Below, in pieces: positions 56,345 to 64,000 of a stretch of 64,000 bases of DNA. The notes under the pieces were generated by a model that was given only the letters and a program-made list of their open reading frames with translations, had not been told where the DNA came from and searched no databases. Location: the NCBI GenBank assembly GCA_965263035.1, contig OZ253580.1, forward strand, positions 3,712,001 to 3,776,000, given 5' to 3'. A program made the position numbers and the translations under genes. Position 1 is the first letter of the stretch; each line of letters begins with the position of its first letter. The stretch is from Acidobacteriota bacterium (GTDB lineage: Bacteria > Acidobacteriota > UBA6911 > RPQK01 > JAJDTT01).

Positions 56345-56370
56345 CGAAAACCCACCTTTCAGTTCAGTGG

Positions 56371-56949
56371 TCAGAGATCTTCGTATCTCCAACCATTGAC
56401 CAGGTCCATGGCCCGCAAACAGCCCTGGGTCAAAATCGTATCGACACCCAGGACCGCACGGTCCAATACGGAGTCCAGTACCAGACGCTCATCTCCGGAG
56501 AAGGGGGAAAGCAGATAGTCGGTCAGATCGCCTTTCACCGAGTCGCCGCCCACTCCGATTCGCAACCGGGGAATCTGTTTCGTTCCCACCATTCGAATGA
56601 TCGATTCCATGCCCTTCTGTCCACCCGAACTGCCGGAACGCCGGACTCGCAATCGTCCCAACGGCAGCTGAACCTCGTCGTAGACCACCAGGAACTCCTC
56701 AGGATCGACGCCATATTGAACAAGGAGCGAGCGAACCGCCACCCCACTGAGATTCATGTAGGTCTGCGGTTTTGCCAGAATCAGGGGTCCGCTCTCGCGC
56801 TCGACCCGGCAGACTCGAGACTGGCCGGCGGCGGGACCGAACCGGGCGGCGCTCAAATCCGCCAAGCGGTCGACCAGCATGAACCCCGCGTTGTGTCGGG
56901 TCGCTGCGTACCGGCGGCCCGGGTTGCCCAACCCAACGACCAGAAACAC
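56371..56949 (-). CDS. pth: Peptidyl-tRNA hydrolase
   Basis: GLGNPG..Y..TRHNAGF and [10 protein letters not shown]. Confidence 0.96.
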   Translation of the reverse strand: MFLVVGLGNPGRRYAATRHNAGFMLVDRLADLSAARFGPAAGQSRVCRVERESGPLILAKPQTYMNLSGVAVRSLLVQYGVDPEEFLVVYDEVQLPLGRLRVRRSGSSGGQKGMESIIRMVGTKQIPRLRIGVGGDSVKGDLTDYLLSPFSGDERLVLDSVLDRAVLGVDTILTQGCLRAMDLVNGWRYEDL

Positions 56950-56954
56950 CAGAG

Positions 56955-57611
56955 CTACTCCGCGGGTTGGCTTCCTTCCAACTGACCTTCTCCCGCGATC
57001 TCCGGTTCAGCGGTTTCGTCTTCCGGCATGATCTCATCGTCAGCCGTCTCGACCGATGGAGCCGCTATTGTCAGGACGGTCAGGTCCGGATCGGAGAGGA
57101 TCTTCACCTTGTCCGAATCCACGTCCAGTTGTTCCACCCGTACCGAGTCTCCAATCTCCAGGTCGGTCACATCGACTCGAATGTGATCGGGCAAGCTCCC
57201 CGGAAGACATTCCAGCTGGATCTGGCGCACTACCAAGTCCAGAATGCCCCCATCCAACCTTACGCCGGCGGCCGTGCCCATGATCTCCACGGGTACGTCG
57301 AAGACCATGGTCCGGTCCATGGATATGGCCATGAAATCGGCATGGATCAGCTCCTCCCCCACCGGATCACGCTGGTGCTCTCGAATCAGGACATTTCTCT
57401 GCTGGTCCTGGTACTTCAACGTGAAAATCGTGTTATGGCCCGTATTGGAGATCAGGATCCGATCCAGATCTTTGGGATCGACGGAGACGGCAACCGCCTC
57501 CACATTGCGACCGTAGACGACTCCAGGCATCCGTCCCGCGGCCCGGAGCCGCCGGTTGGCGTTCTTCCCGAACTCTTGTCGTATCTGCGAATCCACCGTC
57601 AATCGAGGCAT
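56955..57611 (-). CDS. rplY: 50S ribosomal protein L25/Ctc
   Basis: GKNANRRLR...PGVVYG, HADF and C-terminal TL5 domain. Confidence 0.94.
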   Translation of the reverse strand: MPRLTVDSQIRQEFGKNANRRLRAAGRMPGVVYGRNVEAVAVSVDPKDLDRILISNTGHNTIFTLKYQDQQRNVLIREHQRDPVGEELIHADFMAISMDRTMVFDVPVEIMGTAAGVRLDGGILDLVVRQIQLECLPGSLPDHIRVDVTDLEIGDSVRVEQLDVDSDKVKILSDPDLTVLTIAAPSVETADDEIMPEDETAEPEIAGEGQLEGSQPAE

Positions 57612-57691
57612 TTACTCCAACTCCTCATTCCTTTGCTCGAGCTGCCCCGAGAAAACGGGCAACTCGCACAACTTGGTTTCCGCATCCAGGA

Positions 57692-58633
57692 TCAGCTGAC
57701 AAACAGCCGGCTCACCGAGGTTTCCTCGTGGATCGACCGGATCGCCTCGCCCAACAGGCCGGCGACGCTCAAAGTGTGAATCTTGGGAATCCGCTTTTCC
57801 GGACTGATCCACACTGTATTAGTGACGATAATTCCTTCGAAATGAGAATCGCGAAGGCGTTTCACGGCCGGCCCCGACAGGACGGCGTGGGTGGCGGCGG
57901 CGAAGAGCCTCCGGGCTCCCCGTTTCCTCAAGGCGTCCGTCGCCTGCACCAGGGTCCCCGCCGTGTCGACCATGTCGTCGATGATGACCACGTCCCGACC
58001 GTCTACATCGCCCACGATGCGCATGACCTCAGCCGTGTTCACCCCGACCCGGCGTTTGTCGATGACAGCCAGATTGGCACTCATTCTCCGGGCGTAAAAC
58101 CGGGCCCGTTCCACACCTCCCGCGTCCGGCGAGACTACCGTGGGACGAACCAAAGACATCTTGTTCTTCAAATGGGAGAGGATGACCGGAGTGGCGAAGA
58201 GGTGGTCCACTGGGATGTTGAAAAACCCCTGGATCTGTCCCACGTGCAGGTCCATGGAAAGGAGTCGATGGGTCCCGGCCGCCGTCAGGAGATCCGCCAC
58301 CAGCTTGGCCGAGATGGGCACTCGGGGTTTGTCCTTTCGGTCCTGACGGGCGTAGCCGTAATAGGGAACCACGGCCGTGACTCGCCGTGCCGATGAACGC
58401 CGAAAGGCATCCAGCATGATCAGGAGCTCCATCAGGTTTTCGCCCACCGGCGGACAGGTGGGCTGAACCACGAAGACGTCCTTCCCTCTCACGTTCTCGA
58501 GAATCTGGAAATTGACCTCGCCGTCGCTGAATCGGGTCAGGTTCGCCCGACCCAGAGGCTCTCCCAAATGGTGGCAAATCTCCTCCGTGAGAGGGGCATT
58601 GGCGCTGCCTGTAAAGATCTTCAAACTGGACAT
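57692..58633 (-). CDS. prs: Ribose-phosphate pyrophosphokinase
   Basis: FSDGEV, PYYGYARQDRK, VSPDAGG and IIDDMVDTAGT. Confidence 0.97.
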   Translation of the reverse strand: MSSLKIFTGSANAPLTEEICHHLGEPLGRANLTRFSDGEVNFQILENVRGKDVFVVQPTCPPVGENLMELLIMLDAFRRSSARRVTAVVPYYGYARQDRKDKPRVPISAKLVADLLTAAGTHRLLSMDLHVGQIQGFFNIPVDHLFATPVILSHLKNKMSLVRPTVVSPDAGGVERARFYARRMSANLAVIDKRRVGVNTAEVMRIVGDVDGRDVVIIDDMVDTAGTLVQATDALRKRGARRLFAAATHAVLSGPAVKRLRDSHFEGIIVTNTVWISPEKRIPKIHTLSVAGLLGEAIRSIHEETSVSRLFVS

Positions 58634-58689
58634 GGAATCAATCCCGCGCCGACACGATTCCGGACCCGATACGATCGGAACCGAAGTGG

Positions 58690-59625
58690 TCAGACCAGAA
58701 CGTCGAGGCCCGATTCTCTAAGTAGTTTCCTATACCGTCTTCTGGAAAGAGTGGAGCAGAATAACAGTTCTCCGCCTTCCTGACAGGCGGATGGGTTTCC
58801 CCCCCACTGGCGCCGGTCCCGGCACCCCAAGCCCATGAGCGTCGAGCCGCTCCCACAAACCATGACTCTCTCGCAACCCAAGGCGATGAGGGCTTTTCTC
58901 GCCTCTTCGAGAAAGCCGTAGCGCTGGAACAGCAGCGTTTCGAAGTCGTTCTCCAGATGGGCCCAATGCAGGCCGACTCTGAAGCGTGAGAAGCGATGGA
59001 TTGTATTCTTCGTCCAGGACCTTGTCAACTTTTCGCCGCCCTCCCAGACGCCCCAATTCCGCATGGAATATACCGCCTTCGTGGAAAGACCGCGGCCCGG
59101 ATAAAGGAGCACGACGTCCACGGAGCGCCTGAGGTCCGGCAAAGGAGTGATGAGTTCTCCCTTACCTTCTCCCAGGGCGGACCCGCCGCAAAGGAAGAAT
59201 GCGACGTCGGAGCCCAGCTCTGCCGCCAACGCAGTCAGGCCGGAGAGACTGAATCCGCAACCCCACAGCTGGTTCAGTCCCAGGAGGGTCACCGCCGCAT
59301 TCCCCGAACCGCCTCCGAGACCGGCCCCCAGAGGAATTCTCTTGGTCAGGGTCAATTCCGCTCCGGAGGACACGCCCGCCTTCCGCTTCAGCAGCCGCGC
59401 GGCGCGGTACACCAGGTTCTCGGGTCCCTCCGGCGCGGCGTGGCCACGAACCTGAATTCGAATTTCCGGATCCGCCGTGACCCGCAGGATCAGCTCGTCT
59501 TTCAGGTCCAGCATCTGGAAGACGGTTCGCAACTCATGAAACCCGTCCTCCCGAAGACCCAGAATCTTCAGTATCCAGTTGGTTTTGGCAAAGGAGGGGA
59601 GAGCAAGTGAAGACAACGCAACCAA
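58690..59625 (-). CDS. ispE: 4-diphosphocytidyl-2-C-methyl-D-erythritol kinase
   Basis: AKTNW.L, GFHEL.TVFQ, KRIPLGAGLGGGS, LGSDVAFF and NDFE. Confidence 0.93.
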   Translation of the reverse strand: MVALSSLALPSFAKTNWILKILGLREDGFHELRTVFQMLDLKDELILRVTADPEIRIQVRGHAAPEGPENLVYRAARLLKRKAGVSSGAELTLTKRIPLGAGLGGGSGNAAVTLLGLNQLWGCGFSLSGLTALAAELGSDVAFFLCGGSALGEGKGELITPLPDLRRSVDVVLLYPGRGLSTKAVYSMRNWGVWEGGEKLTRSWTKNTIHRFSRFRVGLHWAHLENDFETLLFQRYGFLEEARKALIALGCERVMVCGSGSTLMGLGCRDRRQWGGNPSACQEGGELLFCSTLSRRRYRKLLRESGLDVLV

Positions 59626-59678
59626 TCAGACCATGGAATGAGCGCGCCTGGTGGATTTCCCGCAACGGCCGCCGCAGA

Positions 59679-61667
59679 TCAGGGGGCTTTTGACGAGAGG
59701 CGCTGCTTCAGTTCAGCCACCTTTCGTTGAAGTCTTTGGAATTCCTCGTCGGTGGCCACGCGCACGCCCCGCTCGTAATACTGAAGTGCGGTCTCGAGTT
59801 GACCGAGCTCGATGTACAGATCTCCCAGATGATCGAAAATCGTCGGGTCCTCGATCAGCCGAGCCGCCCGTTTCAGATTGACCTCGGCCTCATCGAGGCG
59901 ATCCAGCTTGAAGTAGACCCATCCCAGGCTGTCCAGATAGGCTCCGTTGTACGGATCCATTTCCGTCGCTTTCCTGATGTAGGTCAACGCTTCGTGGAGA
60001 CGGATTCCCCGGTCCGCCCACATGTAGCCCAGATAGTTGAGGACGCCGGCGTGGTCCGGGTTGGACTCCAGAATCCTCTTGAATTCGGCTTCGGCATCGG
60101 GAAGTTTCTCCTGTCTTTCGTAGACGGACGCCAGCCGAAACTTGAGGGGTTGACTGTCCGGCTTGAGACCGAGTCCTTCCTTGATGGCTATTTCGGCTTT
60201 CCCGTAATTCTTGTGATCCATGTAGAGTTGGCTGATGATGCGGTAATACGTCTCGGGGTCCTGCTCATGGCTCAGCCTGCTTTGCACGAGTTGCACCCCT
60301 TCCGACAGCCGGTCGTTTTCCGAGAGCATCTGGGCCAGCGCCGCGAGGGCTTCCGGATCGCGCGGATGGTCCTGGAGCAACTCCCCCGCCAGGGAAAGTG
60401 CCTCATCCAGCTTTCCCGCATCCTTCAAGGTGTAGATGAGCATGGCCTTGTGACGGGGATCGCCGGGACGACCCGCCAGCAACTCACGAAAAAGCCGGAG
60501 GGCATCCTCGTATTGGCGTGATTCCTGGTAGACGTGGGCCAGAGTGGTCTGAACCTGTTCTCGAAACTCCCACTCTTCCTGCGAACTCGGGTTGTCCAGA
60601 TCGGCAAGAAGGAGCTGCAACCGCCCGATGGCGCTGTCCCGCTCACCTCGAACGGCCTCGAGTCGAGCCAACTCCAGGTTCGCCTGCATCTGCTTCGGAT
60701 TGTTTTCCAGGATCCTGCTGAACAACTCCGTGGCCTCTTCGTACTTGCGGGCCCGCATGAGTGCCCGGCCCAATTCAACCACCAACGCCGGATCCTGCGG
60801 ATTCTGCACCGTTCCCTTCCGCAGCAGATCGACAGCTTGGCCGTGACGGCCCTGTTGTCCCAAGAGCCTTCCAGTTTTTATCTGGAGTTCGGGGTCCGCC
60901 ACGAGCTGGGGGGCCGACAGATAAATCTCCACGGCCCGGTCCGGCCGTCCGGTCCGTTCGTACAGGTCTCCCAAGTCGCGAATGACTTCGTAATGATCCT
61001 TCTGGACGTTCAGCGCTTTTTCCAACGCCTGGATGGCCCCAACCGGGTCACCCAGCCGCTTCAGGGCCTGGGCATGTTGCAAGTAGGCCTCCACCAGACC
61101 CGGCCGCAACTCGACCAGACGCGCCAGGACGGCCGCCGCCTTCCGGTGCTCGCGCCGCCGCAAATGGAGATTCCCCAGCTGATAGAGAGCCTCGGCATGA
61201 TCTGGATCCAGCTCGATGACTCTGTTCAGTTCCACGATTGCCTTCTCCGACAGCCTGTTTTGACCGCCGTGGTAGTTGGAATAGAGCTGGCCCAGGAAGT
61301 AGTGGGCAGCGACGCTGTTCGGATCCTTCTCGATGGCCTGCTCGATCTCGCTGACGGCTCGGGAGACCTCGCCTGACCTGACCAGGGTGTGGGCGAATTC
61401 AATCCGGAGCTGGATGCTGTCCGGATCGAGTTCCAGCGCCTTCTCGAACTCGGTGATGGAGAGGCCGTAGTCCTTGTTGCCCGAGTGGAGCATACCCAGG
61501 GCGAAGTGATAGTAGGCTTGAGCCTGCCGGTTCGGCGGCGTCGGGACAGGTTCGACGGCCAAGACGGTTCCGAGAATGACTCCGAATACCAATCCGGTCA
61601 TAACGACTCGAGGGCTATTGGGAAGACAATTCAGGCCGATAGTACCCAACTCCGTGCGGGACGACAA
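59679..61667 (-). CDS. Tetratricopeptide repeat protein (envelope-associated)
   Basis: Many TPRs; C-terminal LNYLGY...YLDSLGWVYFK...HLGD typical of the TPR protein found upstream of ispE. Confidence 0.88.
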   Translation of the reverse strand: MSSRTELGTIGLNCLPNSPRVVMTGLVFGVILGTVLAVEPVPTPPNRQAQAYYHFALGMLHSGNKDYGLSITEFEKALELDPDSIQLRIEFAHTLVRSGEVSRAVSEIEQAIEKDPNSVAAHYFLGQLYSNYHGGQNRLSEKAIVELNRVIELDPDHAEALYQLGNLHLRRREHRKAAAVLARLVELRPGLVEAYLQHAQALKRLGDPVGAIQALEKALNVQKDHYEVIRDLGDLYERTGRPDRAVEIYLSAPQLVADPELQIKTGRLLGQQGRHGQAVDLLRKGTVQNPQDPALVVELGRALMRARKYEEATELFSRILENNPKQMQANLELARLEAVRGERDSAIGRLQLLLADLDNPSSQEEWEFREQVQTTLAHVYQESRQYEDALRLFRELLAGRPGDPRHKAMLIYTLKDAGKLDEALSLAGELLQDHPRDPEALAALAQMLSENDRLSEGVQLVQSRLSHEQDPETYYRIISQLYMDHKNYGKAEIAIKEGLGLKPDSQPLKFRLASVYERQEKLPDAEAEFKRILESNPDHAGVLNYLGYMWADRGIRLHEALTYIRKATEMDPYNGAYLDSLGWVYFKLDRLDEAEVNLKRAARLIEDPTIFDHLGDLYIELGQLETALQYYERGVRVATDEEFQRLQRKVAELKQRLSSKAP

Positions 61668-61736
61668 CCGTACGGGAGAGAAGTGAGAGCGAAGAGTGGA
61701 GAAGAAAGAATCGTAATCTGGGAAACTGTTTGGACG

Positions 61737-64000
61737 TCAATCGATGACCTGCGGAGGGATGATCGATATCTTTTCTAAATCTTCCGTAAAGATGAGCTCC
61801 ATCACCACGATCGGTTGGTCGGACGACACGGCGATGGAGCCGCCGATGGTCGCCGGAAGACCGGGAAAGATCTCGTGAGCCATCCCGATTTGGCGGTGGC
61901 CGTTGGCCAAGGTCAGGGTCCTTTCCTCTACCAACGGGTTTCCACCAGTGGAGCGGACCGTCAGCTTCACTGTTGCCGTCGGGCCGGGTCCGGGATAGAG
62001 AAACGCCAGACCGGTCCTGTACTTCTCGACTCCTCCGTGGGCAAGGTAGGGTAGAAGATAATCCTTGGCCGGCGCCGGCACGGCCGGGGTGCTGAGCATG
62101 CCCTTTCCGGAAAAGAGTTGCAATTCGGCGCTGCCCACCAGCCCTGGTTGTGAGCCGTCGATCCGAATCCAGCCGGACACCAGACCTCCCGTGTCCACGA
62201 GGTTCGGAAAGACGGAGGCCATTTCCATGCGCAGGCCCTCTCCGGGAGCCAGCTCCAGCACCGGCGAAACCTCCACCGATTCCCCTTCGTTGTCCATCAG
62301 GGTGAGTTGGACCGTCATCTCTTCAGTGCCCTGGTGCACCAGGTTGACGTGGGTCTGGCTGCCTCCGAAGGTCACCGCCTGCGGCAGGTAGAGAGTCTCG
62401 GCCAGGACGACTCCTGGGGCTTCCACCACCAATCCGTCCGCCATGGCCATGCGCTCCTCATCGTACCAACGCTGGTAGGCCATGATCCCCTGCTCGCTCT
62501 CCACCGTGATGTAGGAGCCGTCGTAGCCGTTACTGGCCAAGGGCCGGCAGGTCGCCTGTTCAGGGTCTTCACAAGCGGCCAGACTGTCATCGGCGCATGG
62601 CTGCCCGTTGTCCGAGCAGGTCCCGCGCTGACAGAAGAAGTCGTCCAAGAAGATCCCGCCGGTGGTAAAGCATTCGAAGGCGAGTCCTTGAAAGAAACCG
62701 ATCTCTTCTCCCAGAGGTCCCCGCACCACCAGGCCCCCGAGTGTGTCCCGAGTCTCTTCGAGAACCAGGTCTCCCTCGGCCGTGTAGAGCCCCACGGAGA
62801 TCTCCGTGTTGTTGGAGTTGGGATTGAGAACGTAGAGTTCCGTAGTGAAGCCGTCCTTGACCCTGACTTCGGGAAGGACGACTTTTTGCGCCGTCGTGGA
62901 GTACAAGGAGCCTGCATCCAGACGGCGCTGTTCCCCGCGATCCCCGACCCTGAGGAACCCCTGGGCCCGGGCTTGGTCATCGTCCAGCAGCATCCACCCT
63001 TCCATGAACTGATTGCGGTCGGCGCTGACCACTTCCCGAACCGTGGTGGCCAACTGTCCCCCGGGAACGATGGTCAGATTGGTGGGATTCTCTCCAAACT
63101 CCACGATGTCTTCCGTATCGTTCAAATCCTGAAATCGGATCCCCCCCACGTTGACTCCCCGGGCCATGATGTCGCTGGTCCGGGAAGAGAGGTTGGTCAG
63201 GTGCACCGCGGTAAACCATTCCTGGGAGCTCAACAGGTAGGGAAGGAACAGCCGGCGGCTGGGGCGCAACAGTTCGATGGTGCCGAGGTTGAAGTTCACC
63301 GCGGTGATGGCTTCTCCGTCGGGACTCACGGCCACGTCCAAAGGCGCCCCGGGAACTTGCGGCCGGAGGTCCTCGCTGGCGCCCCGCAACTTCTGTCCCA
63401 CCAATATGGGTTGCAGGAGCTCACCCGTATTCAGCTTGAATTGCAGGAGGACGTCGTCCATGGGAGCGCCCAGCATCATGGTGTTTCCGTCCAGGAAGAC
63501 CGGACGGCCGGAGTCGCGAAAATCGGAGGTCCGGGGCTGGAAGGTGACGACTTCCAGGGCGTCCGCATCGATGGACCCGCTCTCATCGGGGACGGGTATC
63601 GGGACCAGTTCCACGTTCAGATTGCTCAGCACCAGGAACCACTTGCCATCCGGCGTCGGCACGATTTCCACGGGAACGCCGCCCACGTCGAAAATCTTCA
63701 CCACCTGTCCCGTCTGGATGTCGAACAGCGTGGCCCGATCCGTGCCCAACGCGGAGAGGGTCTGCAGGGCCCCCAGTTGCCGGTCCGCCACCAGCCCGTA
63801 CCGGCCGTCCCGAGAGATGGCGGCTCCCGCACCCACCTCGAAATCATGGGGGGGCGCTACCTGTTCCGGATCCGGAATGATGGTCGCCACCGGAGAGAAG
63901 GAAGCGGTGTCCACAATGGTAATGGCGTCCCTTTCTTCCGCGGGCATCAGCAGGGTCGACCCGACCGTGATGACGAAGAACCGGCTCCCATCGGGAGTCA
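61737..64000 (-). CDS. Large surface/exported protein: YVTN/YncE-like beta-propeller plus repeated beta-sandwich domains (5' end outside window)
   Basis: Frame appears open to the window edge; propeller repeats (ISRDGRY, TPDGKW, SPDGEA); repeats of T.L.x.N...G.W patterns. Confidence 0.7.
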   Translation of the reverse strand, partial: TPDGSRFFVITVGSTLLMPAEERDAITIVDTASFSPVATIIPDPEQVAPPHDFEVGAGAAISRDGRYGLVADRQLGALQTLSALGTDRATLFDIQTGQVVKIFDVGGVPVEIVPTPDGKWFLVLSNLNVELVPIPVPDESGSIDADALEVVTFQPRTSDFRDSGRPVFLDGNTMMLGAPMDDVLLQFKLNTGELLQPILVGQKLRGASEDLRPQVPGAPLDVAVSPDGEAITAVNFNLGTIELLRPSRRLFLPYLLSSQEWFTAVHLTNLSSRTSDIMARGVNVGGIRFQDLNDTEDIVEFGENPTNLTIVPGGQLATTVREVVSADRNQFMEGWMLLDDDQARAQGFLRVGDRGEQRRLDAGSLYSTTAQKVVLPEVRVKDGFTTELYVLNPNSNNTEISVGLYTAEGDLVLEETRDTLGGLVVRGPLGEEIGFFQGLAFECFTTGGIFLDDFFCQRGTCSDNGQPCADDSLAACEDPEQATCRPLASNGYDGSYITVESEQGIMAYQRWYDEERMAMADGLVVEAPGVVLAETLYLPQAVTFGGSQTHVNLVHQGTEEMTVQLTLMDNEGESVEVSPVLELAPGEGLRMEMASVFPNLVDTGGLVSGWIRIDGSQPGLVGSAELQLFSGKGMLSTPAVPAPAKDYLLPYLAHGGVEKYRTGLAFLYPGPGPTATVKLTVRSTGGNPLVEERTLTLANGHRQIGMAHEIFPGLPATIGGSIAVSSDQPIVVMELIFTEDLEKISIIPPQVID

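Noticed and set aside
58634-58689. Expected tRNA-Gln between ispE and prs
   Set aside because: Only 56 bp and no cloverleaf or T-loop; no tRNA seen here or elsewhere in the window.

Overview
High-GC bacterial chromosome segment. Gene content and order suggest Acidobacteriota, possibly a host/sponge-associated lineage (inference, not proven). The left ~41 kb is accessory and catabolic. It holds many exported enzymes: two PhoD-like phosphatases, an FMN hydroxy-acid dehydrogenase/beta-propeller/tetraheme cytochrome operon, three paralogous TIM-barrel glycoside-hydrolase-like proteins, a PQQ dehydrogenase, cupins and NHL proteins. It also holds a small defence/toxin-antitoxin patch (8.6-13.5 kb): HTH-MNT plus a HEPN gene with an in-frame TGA, AAA_21 ATPase plus DUF4276/TOPRIM-like protein, and dinJ-yafQ. 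The right ~23 kb is housekeeping: thrB, aroDE, pgsA, uvrC, yjjX, suhB, ispDF, radA, dnaB, rplI-rpsR-rpsF, hppA, pth, rplY, prs, ispE. The most striking non-genic signal is a 643-nt ORF-less group II intron (31283-31925). Its EBS1/EBS2 sequences pair exactly with the hairpin of a REP/REPIN-like repeat into which it is inserted, and an empty relative of that repeat lies at 23431-23533. Two ~160-bp palindromic MITE-like families are also present, including a nested insertion, microhomology-deleted copies and ends that complete stop codons or extended -10 promoters.
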